Positions 25,150 through 33,276 of a stretch of DNA of 64,000 nt are shown in pieces. Made by a program: the position numbers and the translations under genes. Source of the DNA: Desulfobulbaceae bacterium (lineage in GTDB: Bacteria; Desulfobacterota; Desulfobulbia; Desulfobulbales; Desulfobulbaceae). Position 1 is the first letter of the stretch. Each line of letters opens with the position of its first letter. The stretch covers positions 3,400 through 67,399 of the forward strand of contig WFZC01000037.1 in the NCBI GenBank assembly GCA_015489765.1. Reading direction: 5' to 3'. The notes beneath the pieces are model-generated. The model ran no database searches and was not told the DNA's origin. It saw only the letters and a program-made list of their open reading frames with translations.

Positions 25150-27057
25150 CTATGCCGCCTTTTTTACCAGATTATTCTCCAGTTTTTCCCCAACATCCTC
25201 CTCGGTCGCCGGGGTGATCAAGATATCGGTGGCCCCGTATTTCACCGCTTTCAGGACCGTTGTTCTCGTCCAGGCAGGAGCGGCCATGACCAGAGGAACC
25301 TGAAGACCGGAACTACCGAGCTTGATCGCCATCCCAAAACCCTGTTCATTTACCTCCTGCATCACCAGAAAGACCAGACTGATACCGGAAGACAAATAAT
25401 CGGCTACGGCATCCTTGAAATGAAGAATACGTGCTGAGTGCCCCTGCCCGGCCAGTAATGAGGCAATGGAAGAGGCCTCGGCATCATCATCGGTAAAGAT
25501 CAGGATATCGGCGCTGCCGTCTCCGCCGGTACCAGGGGAAGCAATGGGGGCTTGCCGGGAGTCCTCCTGCCCCGATGCTGGTCGCAGCACCTTGGGACCG
25601 GCTCCACTTTGACCGTCCGTTGATCCCATCGGAGCATCGGCGGCTGGCTGCCCGCCTGCCGGTTGTTGTTCCTCCTCCTCTGTTGCAGCAAGGGCTTCAA
25701 GCTCAAAGAGGGCTGCCGGAAATGCCATCTGCAAGCGGCCGAGCTCCTGATCATTATAGTGGATCGTTCCGGCGCTCAGATAGTAGAGACAACGGGGAAT
25801 AACATCATCGGAATCTGGATCTATTTTGATGGGAATGACTGTTTCCAGGCCGGTTTTGACAAATCCCAGCGCCTTGCGGTACTGTTCCTCAAAGACCGCA
25901 GTGTACACGCCGGCAATGATATTGGCGATTTCACCGTATGCGTCCTCTGCGTCCTCGCCGAACTCCTCATTGCGAACCACCTCCTCCAGTTCGGCATCGG
26001 GCAGCATGATCAGGGTGCCGCCCAGGAAGATGGCATCTTTTAAGGAAACAAAGAGATAGGATTCCCCCTCGCCTTCGCCCCGGACATCCATCCGGGCCAG
26101 GACCTGTTTACCGCCGGCCTGCTCCAGCAGTTCTTCCTTGTCAAGGGCCGTATTTTCCTCAGGCGTTATCTTCAGCGTACCGCCAAGCAGGGTACCGACC
26201 TCTTCACCAACCTTTTCCAGACAGGTGGCCAGCAGTTGATCAACACGTTCTTTCTGTTTTTTTACATCAACACCCTTTTTCTTTGCCGGTTCCGGAGATT
26301 GGGCCGCCTTACCCCCCTCTTCCTTCGGACGCTCAATTGCCTGGGCCCGCTGTGTCTCTTCAACGGTTCCCCGTTCTATGATCTCGGCCTGTTGCTCTCC
26401 TGACGAAGATGCCGCTGCGGAATCGGTTGATTTATCTGCGGATGCGGCCGGCTGTTCTTTCTCTTGTTCAGGCGTCGGCGTCTCTTCAACCAGGCCAAAG
26501 CTTGCCGCAGGCAACAGGAGCTGTAACTTGCCCATCTCAACGCCCTCAAGCGTCATGGCCGTCGACATCAGGTAATAGGAGCCATCGGGAACCGGCTCAT
26601 CCGATTCGATATCAACCTTGACAGGCAGGATTACTTCCTGCTCGGTCCGTACCAACCGAAAATTTTTTGGATACTGCTCTTCAAAGGTTGTTGTCAGGGA
26701 TCCGCAGATGATATTGGCAATCTCGCCATACGAATCTTCCAGCTCTTCGGTGTACTCCTCCTCGCTGATGACACTTTCCAGCTCGGAATCGGGCAGCATG
26801 ATCAGGGTGCCGCCGATACGGATGGCATCACGGATGGGAACGATCATGCAGCCCCGGCCTTCCAGGTCACCTTCGAGCTGAACATGGGCAAGCACGGACT
26901 TGCCGGCAGGCTCGGAAAAAAAGTCCTCCTTGGAGAGGACCCTTGTCTCCGGTTCCGCAAATGTCATGGCCTTGCCAAGCAGCGCGGAAACCTCTTCCTG
27001 CATCCGCTCACGGCAGGCGGCCATTATCTTGTCAAGACGTTCCTTTTTTTTGTTCAT
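25150..27057 (-). CDS. Protein with two CheX/CheC-like phosphatase-type domains and a C-terminal degenerate receiver domain
   Basis: 635 aa with an internal duplication of about 190 aa. Each copy carries GGTLIMLPD.ELE...D(S/A)YGEIANII.G (the D-x3-E-x2-N motif). Acidic/low-complexity linkers join the domains. The C-terminal 115 aa are CheY-like (ILIFTDDD...), but the phospho-acceptor position reads LVFLVMQ. Confidence 0.7.
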   Translation of the reverse strand: MNKKKERLDKIMAACRERMQEEVSALLGKAMTFAEPETRVLSKEDFFSEPAGKSVLAHVQLEGDLEGRGCMIVPIRDAIRIGGTLIMLPDSELESVISEEEYTEELEDSYGEIANIICGSLTTTFEEQYPKNFRLVRTEQEVILPVKVDIESDEPVPDGSYYLMSTAMTLEGVEMGKLQLLLPAASFGLVEETPTPEQEKEQPAASADKSTDSAAASSSGEQQAEIIERGTVEETQRAQAIERPKEEGGKAAQSPEPAKKKGVDVKKQKERVDQLLATCLEKVGEEVGTLLGGTLKITPEENTALDKEELLEQAGGKQVLARMDVRGEGEGESYLFVSLKDAIFLGGTLIMLPDAELEEVVRNEEFGEDAEDAYGEIANIIAGVYTAVFEEQYRKALGFVKTGLETVIPIKIDPDSDDVIPRCLYYLSAGTIHYNDQELGRLQMAFPAALFELEALAATEEEEQQPAGGQPAADAPMGSTDGQSGAGPKVLRPASGQEDSRQAPIASPGTGGDGSADILIFTDDDAEASSIASLLAGQGHSARILHFKDAVADYLSSGISLVFLVMQEVNEQGFGMAIKLGSSGLQVPLVMAAPAWTRTTVLKAVKYGATDILITPATEEDVGEKLENNLVKKAA

Positions 27058-27376
27058 GAACTATCGAGAGAAAAAGAGAATTACTTACCGGCGATAATAT
27101 CGTAAAAATATATTTCTTTCAAAAATGGCTGAGTAAAAACACAGAGATACACAAGGTAGTGTTCTGGGGCGGGTCTCAACTATTCAGGTAGTATGTTGTG
27201 AGTCGCCCCGGGACACACGACGCAGTAGATCGAAGTTTTTACGACGCCATCACCGGTTTCGGCGCCTTCTCCTGTATCGTCAGATAATCTTTCCTTCTTT
27301 AGCAACACCTTTATGCAGGGAAAAAAGAAAGCAAACCCCAAGGCAGACAATACATCCTGCCGTTTCCGTACAGATG

Positions 27377-27838
27377 CTAATGAAGTACGTATTTCAACTC
27401 AATGCCAAAATCACCTACCGGCGAACCAAAGGGCACAATAAACCTGGAAACACCCGCCTGGCCCGAGGTGCGGACGGCTTTACCAAGGACCGTGGTCGGA
27501 ATCGCCAGTTCAATGGCAATGTCATTTTCCGCAAGAGCAACCTTGAGGCCGCCGGCAACCATATTGGCGATCTCACCGATGGCATCCCTGACATCATCAT
27601 CAATTGCCGTCACCTCCATGCCCAGCATGGCGCCGGTTATTCCCAGGGCAGCCTTTTCCGGACAGTGTACGGCTAACACACCCTGGAGGTCACCGGCCAG
27701 TCCTATCATACTGGTCAGGTTGGAATCAATGCCATCGTCTTGTCCCTTGAGAGGTTCTCCAGGGCTGATGTCGATAAAGATCATGGTAGAGAAAACTTCA
27801 AGAGTGGCATCGGTTATATAGCGTTCAATAGGGGGCAC
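27377..27838 (-). CDS. cheX: CheX-like chemotaxis phosphatase
   Basis: 153 aa. ITDATLEVFSTMIF at the N-terminus and DAIGEIANMVAGGLK (D-x3-E-x2-N) are present. GTG start. Confidence 0.75.
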   Translation of the reverse strand: MPPIERYITDATLEVFSTMIFIDISPGEPLKGQDDGIDSNLTSMIGLAGDLQGVLAVHCPEKAALGITGAMLGMEVTAIDDDVRDAIGEIANMVAGGLKVALAENDIAIELAIPTTVLGKAVRTSGQAGVSRFIVPFGSPVGDFGIELKYVLH

Positions 27839-27916
27839 GTCTTGTCCTGATACTGTAGATTATTAACTGATTCTTCCTGATATTTGACGGAGCTGCTGGA
27901 ACCAGAATAAATCCGG

Positions 27917-28384
27917 CTACGGCTCGAGCTCCAGCTCAACATAAAAATTGCCGGCCGGGGCAGTAAAGGGAATAACAATCTGCTGCAGATCGCTGTCAGC
28001 CAGAAAGGTATACTCCTCTCCGGAGATGGTCGAAGGCAGGGAAAGCTGGATATCATACCCCCTGTCGGTCAACAGGGTTTTCACATTGCCGCCTAGCATA
28101 TTGGCGATTTCACCGACCGCGTCCTGGACATCTTCATTGATTTCACTGACATCCATGCCAAGAAAAGAGGTTGTTATCGCCAGGGCAAGTTCATTGGGAA
28201 AATGAACGGCAAGCATGCCCTTGTGCGTACCGGCCAGCCCGACCATGCCGGTAATGGAATCCTTGATGACGCCAAGCTCATTGGACGGCTCGCCCTCCTG
28301 ATCAACGTCCATCATAACCATGCCGGTAAAGATCTCCTTCGTGGCATCGATGACCTTTGGAATAATATCAGAAAAATCCCCCAC
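27917..28384 (-). CDS. cheX: CheX-like chemotaxis phosphatase (second paralogue)
   Basis: VIDATKEIFTGMVM and DAVGEIANMLGGNVK are present. The GTG at 28384 is preferred because GGAGG lies 7 nt upstream; the track ORF start at 28435 is a TTG. Confidence 0.7.
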   Translation of the reverse strand: MGDFSDIIPKVIDATKEIFTGMVMMDVDQEGEPSNELGVIKDSITGMVGLAGTHKGMLAVHFPNELALAITTSFLGMDVSEINEDVQDAVGEIANMLGGNVKTLLTDRGYDIQLSLPSTISGEEYTFLADSDLQQIVIPFTAPAGNFYVELELEP

Positions 28385-28499
28385 TCCGCTTCCTCCAAAT
28401 TCAGTTCGCCGGACGGAATATCCGCCCGGCGACAAGGTGTTGGACTGTTACAACCAGCTCAATTCCGCGCCGGCAGGAACCTTTGCATACAGGATTTTT

Positions 28500-28871
28500 T
28501 TACATAAAAGGGCCAAGCACCTCATTGACCTTGTCCGGAGTAAAGGGTTTTTTGAGCGCGCCGACCGCGCCAAGACTCTTGGCCTCGCCAATAATATCAT
28601 CGCCGGTCTCCGTTGAGATCATAAAGACAGGGATGTCCTTGATTCCGTCCCGACCGCTCTTCTCCCGTAAAAATTCAATACCATTCATGTTCGGCATATT
28701 GATATCGCTCAAAACAATATCCACGGCTTCCTTTTCCAGAACCTCCAGGGCTTCCAGGCCATCACCAGCCTCGAAAATATCTCCGAAATCCAGGCCGGCC
28801 TGACGAAGCGAACGAGTGACAATTTTCCGCATGGTACTTGAATCATCAACGAGTAACACATTTTTTGCCAT
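28500..28871 (-). CDS. cheY: CheY-like single-domain response regulator
   Basis: MAKNVLLVDDSSTMRKIV...DIVLSDINMPNMNG...MISTE...KKPF keeps all receiver-domain catalytic positions. ATG at 28871 follows GGAGGAATTCCA. The track ORF start at 29054 runs into the repeat element. Confidence 0.9.
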   Translation of the reverse strand: MAKNVLLVDDSSTMRKIVTRSLRQAGLDFGDIFEAGDGLEALEVLEKEAVDIVLSDINMPNMNGIEFLREKSGRDGIKDIPVFMISTETGDDIIGEAKSLGAVGALKKPFTPDKVNEVLGPFM

Positions 28872-28976
28872 TGGAATTCCTCCATTATATTTGACTACAT
28901 TCTTTTCAATCCATTGGCTTACACCCCAAGGCAATATTGCCAAGACAGATGAAAGCCTTTTCTTTTTCATTAAGGG

Positions 28977-29113
28977 GTGCCTTGAAAAATTAAAATTTTC
29001 GTTCGAGGCCAAGAAACAGAAAAATAAAAAGCGCAGTATATTAGATACATGCAAGTATTTTACATTTTTCTGTTACCCAGAGATCGGGCGAAAAGGCAAT
29101 TTTTCAAGGTGGC
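28977..29113. repeat. Family-2 palindromic (MITE-like) element, copy 1
   Basis: 12-bp terminal inverted repeats (CCTTGAAAAATT ... AATTTTTCAAGG) and an inner inverted pair (AACAGAAAAAT/ATTTTTCTGTT) are present. It is about 85% identical to 39121-39248. Confidence 0.8.
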
Positions 29114-29358
29114 TTAAAATCATTCTATCAATTTGCTGATAACGAAAGCAAGTTTTGCCATAAAAAAAGATTATTTTTTTTGCCGACATTTTCCGTGGCA
29201 CCAAGTGCCAAAAAACCGTCTTAATTTTATCTACTCAACATCATTACCATTCCCATGACAGAAATATCATTTCTTATTTCATTTCAATAAAATACATGAA
29301 CAATATCTGCATGGAATAATAATTGCTAAATCAAGAAGAAACCAAAATCGAATTGGAC

Positions 29359-31818
29359 ATGCTGACAAAAAATGCCAAAATACTGCCACTTGTTATCCTC
29401 CTGCTTATCCTGCCCTTGCTGCAACAGACAAGGGCTGGTTCGGCAATACTGCGCCAGGTGTCAAAAACAACAGAACGGGGCAAGATGCAAATTTTTCTCC
29501 GTCTCTCTTCCCTGCCCGCCTACAAGCTTGAAACCCTGGAAAAACGGGTTGACCTGGCGCTAACCGATACTGTAGCGGCCAAATCGTTCAAACCACTTGC
29601 CGGGGACGACAAGATGATTCGGACGGTTACCGGCAAACAGGCCGGAAACCTGTTACTCTCCTTTTATTTTCGGTACCCGCCCCAGCATGTCAGGGTAAAA
29701 AAAATTATTGAAACAGCATCGATCATGCTGGACATCCAGCTCGGCAATCCTCTGTCGGCCCGATATCCTGATCTTTCCGCAGGTCTGCACGGGTTGACAC
29801 TTCTCAATAGGGAAGAAGTCGACTTCACCAATCCTGTTTATGCCTCTGACTACGGTACAGATTGGAAATTCTTTATCAGGACCTATGAATCTCCGGTCGT
29901 TATCCGCCCGCATTTTCGCTACTCCATGCCACCATTTCCCCTGGCGGCAACTATTGAGCCGCCCACGGCAACGACAGCCTGGCTTGGCAAGGAAAATATC
30001 ATCCTGAGCAGACACCAGGCATGGCAACAGATAGCGGAGAATCTGAAACTACAGTTGGAAAAGGAGGTAAACGAAGCCTTCCGCAAACGGCAACTGCTCA
30101 CCTATGGAGAATGTCTTGTCCGTGCTAACATGTATGAAGAACCCTACAAACTCCTCCAGCAGATCAGCCTCACCTATCCGGACACCAGCCTTGCCACCTA
30201 TGCCAACATTCTCTTTATCTATGTGCTGGCCCGGCACGAGGACCCCTATCTCGCTGCTATCGAGATAAAAAAACAGCAGAAAAAACTACAGAAAAACAAT
30301 CCACTGCTTCCCTACATCAATATATTCCAGGCCGAACTCGCCCTGGAAACTGACCACCCGAAACGGGCCGCTACCATACTGGCCAGGGATAATATTGCCT
30401 ACCCGGAAAATGCGGACCTGTTGCGCCTTCTCCGACAGGCAGACACCTATTTTGGGACCAATGATACCATCAAGGCATTGATAGCCTACAACAACATTGA
30501 TCAAAAGGCATCGATCATTGGGACACATCCCCGTTCGCTGGCCCAATATGCAGATACCTTATACACCCATCAGCGATACGCAAAAGCGGTAAAAACCTAT
30601 CAAGCCCTGGTCCAGCTGATCAACGGCACCGAGCTCCAGCCCCAGGCCATGTTCCGGCTGGCCATGGCCAGGCTGCATAACGGGGAAAAATGGACAAAAA
30701 CAGTGCCCCAGTTCAGTCAGATCCAGAATGCCTTTCCAGATTCGGAGGGAGACTTTCGGGCCCGCCTGAAAATAAATGATCTGAAATTTCTGCACCAGGT
30801 TATAACGGCTGATCGGGCCGCGGAGATTTACGGACAAACCGGCAAGGTGGCCAATAAAAAACAGTTGCGGGAAGAGGCTCTTGTCAAGCAGGCAATGGTC
30901 CAGGCCCTTGCCGGCAACCACGAAACATCCATTTCGCTGGCCATGAAGGTCCTGCGTGATTTCCGGTACGGCAGCCTTACAACGGAAACAGAGGCCCTAA
31001 TTGTGTCCCAGTTGCCGGCGGTACTGAAAAAGATGACCAAAAACAGGCGATATATTGACGCCCTTGTCCTTGCCAAACAGAATCGAAAATTTTTTGCCCG
31101 CGGCTGGCTGGGAATCGACTTGTTATTTGACCTTGCCCACGCCTATGAACAGCTTGGCGCCTATGACCGCGCCGGCCGGGTCTATCAATACATCCTTGAT
31201 GTTGCCACGGGAAAAGACCAGGAAAGAGCCTATGTCCCCATGATCAGGGCCCTGTATAACTCCGGCCGCTATGACCTGGTGGAAGATTATGGAGATCAGT
31301 ATTTTTCCCGCTTTCCGGACAGCCCGGCCAAAGCCGAAGTGTACCTTTTACGGGTTAAGGCATTGCAGGCCGCTGGCGAGACCGAGGCCGCCGTTCGTTT
31401 GCTGGAAAAACCGGACAGGCCATCGAACCCGGAGATAGAAAAAACCGCTGCCCGTATCTTTTTTCATCTCAACCGATGGCACAAGGTTATCTCACTGTTA
31501 GAAGGGAAAAAACTTTCTTCCTGGACAGGAGGCGAACGTGACTACCTGCTGGCCGAATCACTGTTTCAAAGCAAACAATACGAAAAAGCCATTCCGGTTT
31601 TTCGCCGTCTTGTCGAAGAAGCGCCCTATGGCGACCAGGCCATGTTCCGGCTGGCGGAAATTTACGAAAAAACCGGCAAACCGGACAAGGCCCTTAACCA
31701 GTTCAAACAACTGGCCGAAAAAGGAAAGGACAGCCGCTGGAAAAAACTTGCCGAAGAAGAGATCAAAATTATCCAGCTTAATCAGGACAGGAAAGGCAGC
31801 CTGCAAAGCCTGGAGTAA
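29359..31818 (+). CDS. Large TPR-repeat protein with an N-terminal signal/anchor, first gene of the flagellar block
   Basis: MLTKNAKILPLVILLLILPLLQQTRA is the N-terminus. Many Ala/Tyr/Leu-patterned 34-residue repeats are present (e.g. YEKAIPVFRRLVEEAPYGDQAMFRLAEIYEKTGKPDKALNQFKQL). ATG at 29359; the track start at 29323 is a TTG. Confidence 0.75.
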   Translation: MLTKNAKILPLVILLLILPLLQQTRAGSAILRQVSKTTERGKMQIFLRLSSLPAYKLETLEKRVDLALTDTVAAKSFKPLAGDDKMIRTVTGKQAGNLLLSFYFRYPPQHVRVKKIIETASIMLDIQLGNPLSARYPDLSAGLHGLTLLNREEVDFTNPVYASDYGTDWKFFIRTYESPVVIRPHFRYSMPPFPLAATIEPPTATTAWLGKENIILSRHQAWQQIAENLKLQLEKEVNEAFRKRQLLTYGECLVRANMYEEPYKLLQQISLTYPDTSLATYANILFIYVLARHEDPYLAAIEIKKQQKKLQKNNPLLPYINIFQAELALETDHPKRAATILARDNIAYPENADLLRLLRQADTYFGTNDTIKALIAYNNIDQKASIIGTHPRSLAQYADTLYTHQRYAKAVKTYQALVQLINGTELQPQAMFRLAMARLHNGEKWTKTVPQFSQIQNAFPDSEGDFRARLKINDLKFLHQVITADRAAEIYGQTGKVANKKQLREEALVKQAMVQALAGNHETSISLAMKVLRDFRYGSLTTETEALIVSQLPAVLKKMTKNRRYIDALVLAKQNRKFFARGWLGIDLLFDLAHAYEQLGAYDRAGRVYQYILDVATGKDQERAYVPMIRALYNSGRYDLVEDYGDQYFSRFPDSPAKAEVYLLRVKALQAAGETEAAVRLLEKPDRPSNPEIEKTAARIFFHLNRWHKVISLLEGKKLSSWTGGERDYLLAESLFQSKQYEKAIPVFRRLVEEAPYGDQAMFRLAEIYEKTGKPDKALNQFKQLAEKGKDSRWKKLAEEEIKIIQLNQDRKGSLQSLE

Positions 31819-31911
31819 AGGTCACAAAAAATACGTAAACTTCGTTGATTACTGCAACCAGAAACAACACTGCCTTATGGTCCATTCAGGACAACGATTA
31901 CGGAGGAACAG

Positions 31912-32325
31912 ATGCCCCTTGTTCAACAATTTGACACCACCATGCACCTGTTGCAGAAGGTCCTTGACCTCAGGTCCCGCAACCAGGAAGTTATCAGCTC
32001 CAATATTGCCAACGCGGAGACACCGGGATATTCCTCGATCTCCTTTGAATTTGAGGACCAACTCAAAAGCGCCATGCGCGAGGGAGGTCTGAGACCAGTG
32101 ACAACCAACCCCCGTCACATGGCCATAACTCCCGACCGTCTCGATCAAATCCAGGGGCGTATTGTTGAAGAAAAAGACAAAACCGGCATAGGGGACAAAA
32201 ACTCGGTTGACGTGGACAGGGAAATGGTCAAGTTGTCGGAAAATGAAATTCTCTATGAAGCAGCGGTGACCATGCTGAAGAAAAAATTGTCCATGCTCAA
32301 ATACGCTGCCAACGATGGCAGGTAA
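31912..32325 (+). CDS. flgB: Flagellar basal-body rod protein FlgB
   Basis: LDLRSRNQEVISSNIANAETPGY is the rod-family N-terminal motif. 137 aa. Confidence 0.9.
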   Translation: MPLVQQFDTTMHLLQKVLDLRSRNQEVISSNIANAETPGYSSISFEFEDQLKSAMREGGLRPVTTNPRHMAITPDRLDQIQGRIVEEKDKTGIGDKNSVDVDREMVKLSENEILYEAAVTMLKKKLSMLKYAANDGR

Positions 32326-32374
32326 TTTGCATAGTTGCTCACACATACTTTCCAACATTTTTTTTGGAGTTCCC

Positions 32375-32806
32375 ATGGATATCTTCACCACATTCAAAAT
32401 CGCTTCATCAGCCCTTAAAGCACAACGGATACGGCTTGACACCATCAGTTCCAATATCGCCAACGTGGACACCACCTCCACCCCCGAGGGCGGCCCCTAC
32501 AAGAAAAAATCCGTCTATTTCCAGTCAACGCCCATTTCCTTTGCCGATCACCTGCACAACAGCATGGAAAAGGGTTTAAGCGGCGTCAAGGTGGCAAGAA
32601 TTCTGGAGGACCAGAGTCCGCCCCGGCGGGTGTACGATCCCTCCCATCCCGATGCTGACAAGGATGGATACGTGGACATGCCCAATGTCAATGTCTTAAA
32701 AGAGATGACAGATATGATGTCAGCCACCCGCTCCTACGAGGCCAATACAACAATTGTCAAATCGGCGAAACGGATGGCATTAAAGGCGCTTGAAATCGGC
32801 AGATAA
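32375..32806 (+). CDS. flgC: Flagellar basal-body rod protein FlgC
   Basis: MDIFTTFKIASSALKAQRIRLDTISSNIANVDTT is the N-terminus and the C-terminus is SYEANTTIVKSAKRMALKALEIG. ATG at 32375 follows GGAG. Confidence 0.9.
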   Translation: MDIFTTFKIASSALKAQRIRLDTISSNIANVDTTSTPEGGPYKKKSVYFQSTPISFADHLHNSMEKGLSGVKVARILEDQSPPRRVYDPSHPDADKDGYVDMPNVNVLKEMTDMMSATRSYEANTTIVKSAKRMALKALEIGR

Positions 32807-32868
32807 TTCTCAATTTGTATTTTACAACGCCATGCCTGCAAGGGAAAAATTACGGTAAGAGGGGAAAA

Positions 32869-33162
32869 ATGCAGCCAATCCAGGGTATTCAACTGGCCAC
32901 GACTCAGACAACTGACAAAAAATCCGAGGCCGATCAGGCACAACAAAATTTCGGCAAAATGATTTCCGGGCTCGTGGAAGATGTTCAACAGCAGCAACAA
33001 GCAGCCGACAAAGCTGTACAGCAGGTCCACAGCGGCAATGCAAAAAACCTGCACGAGGCCATGATTGCCATGGAGCAAGCCGATATTTCCATCCGCTTTA
33101 TGGTCCAGGTCCGCAACAAGGCCATGGACGCCTACCAGGAAATAATGCGGATGCAGGTATAA
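32869..33162 (+). CDS. fliE: Flagellar hook-basal body protein FliE
   Basis: The C-terminus HEAMIAMEQADISIRFMVQVRNKAMDAYQEIMRMQV is typical of FliE. ATG at 32869 follows GAGGGGAAAA. Confidence 0.9.
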   Translation: MQPIQGIQLATTQTTDKKSEADQAQQNFGKMISGLVEDVQQQQQAADKAVQQVHSGNAKNLHEAMIAMEQADISIRFMVQVRNKAMDAYQEIMRMQV

Positions 33163-33242
33163 ACGTTTAAGCGTTTAAGCGTTTGAGCGTTTAAGCGTTT
33201 AAGCGTTTGAGCGTTTGAGCGTTTAAGCGTTTGAACGTTTAA
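33163..33242. repeat. Tandem octanucleotide repeat (RCGTTTRA) x 10
   Basis: It consists of ACGTTTAA, GCGTTTAA and GCGTTTGA units with no spacers. It starts at the base after the fliE stop and ends 34 nt before the fliF ATG. Confidence 0.95.
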
Positions 33243-33276
33243 GCAGACACAATAAACAACAAAACTCCGGTAAACA

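Noticed and set aside
29196-29210. Sigma-54 promoter call based on TGGCAC
   Set aside because: The GG-to-GC spacing is N8 rather than N10, and the second half is simply the inverted copy of the first. It is kept only as a dyad-site observation.
33163-33242. Possible CRISPR array
   Set aside because: The units are 8 bp, directly abutting, and have no spacers. No cas genes are present. It is a microsatellite-type tandem repeat.
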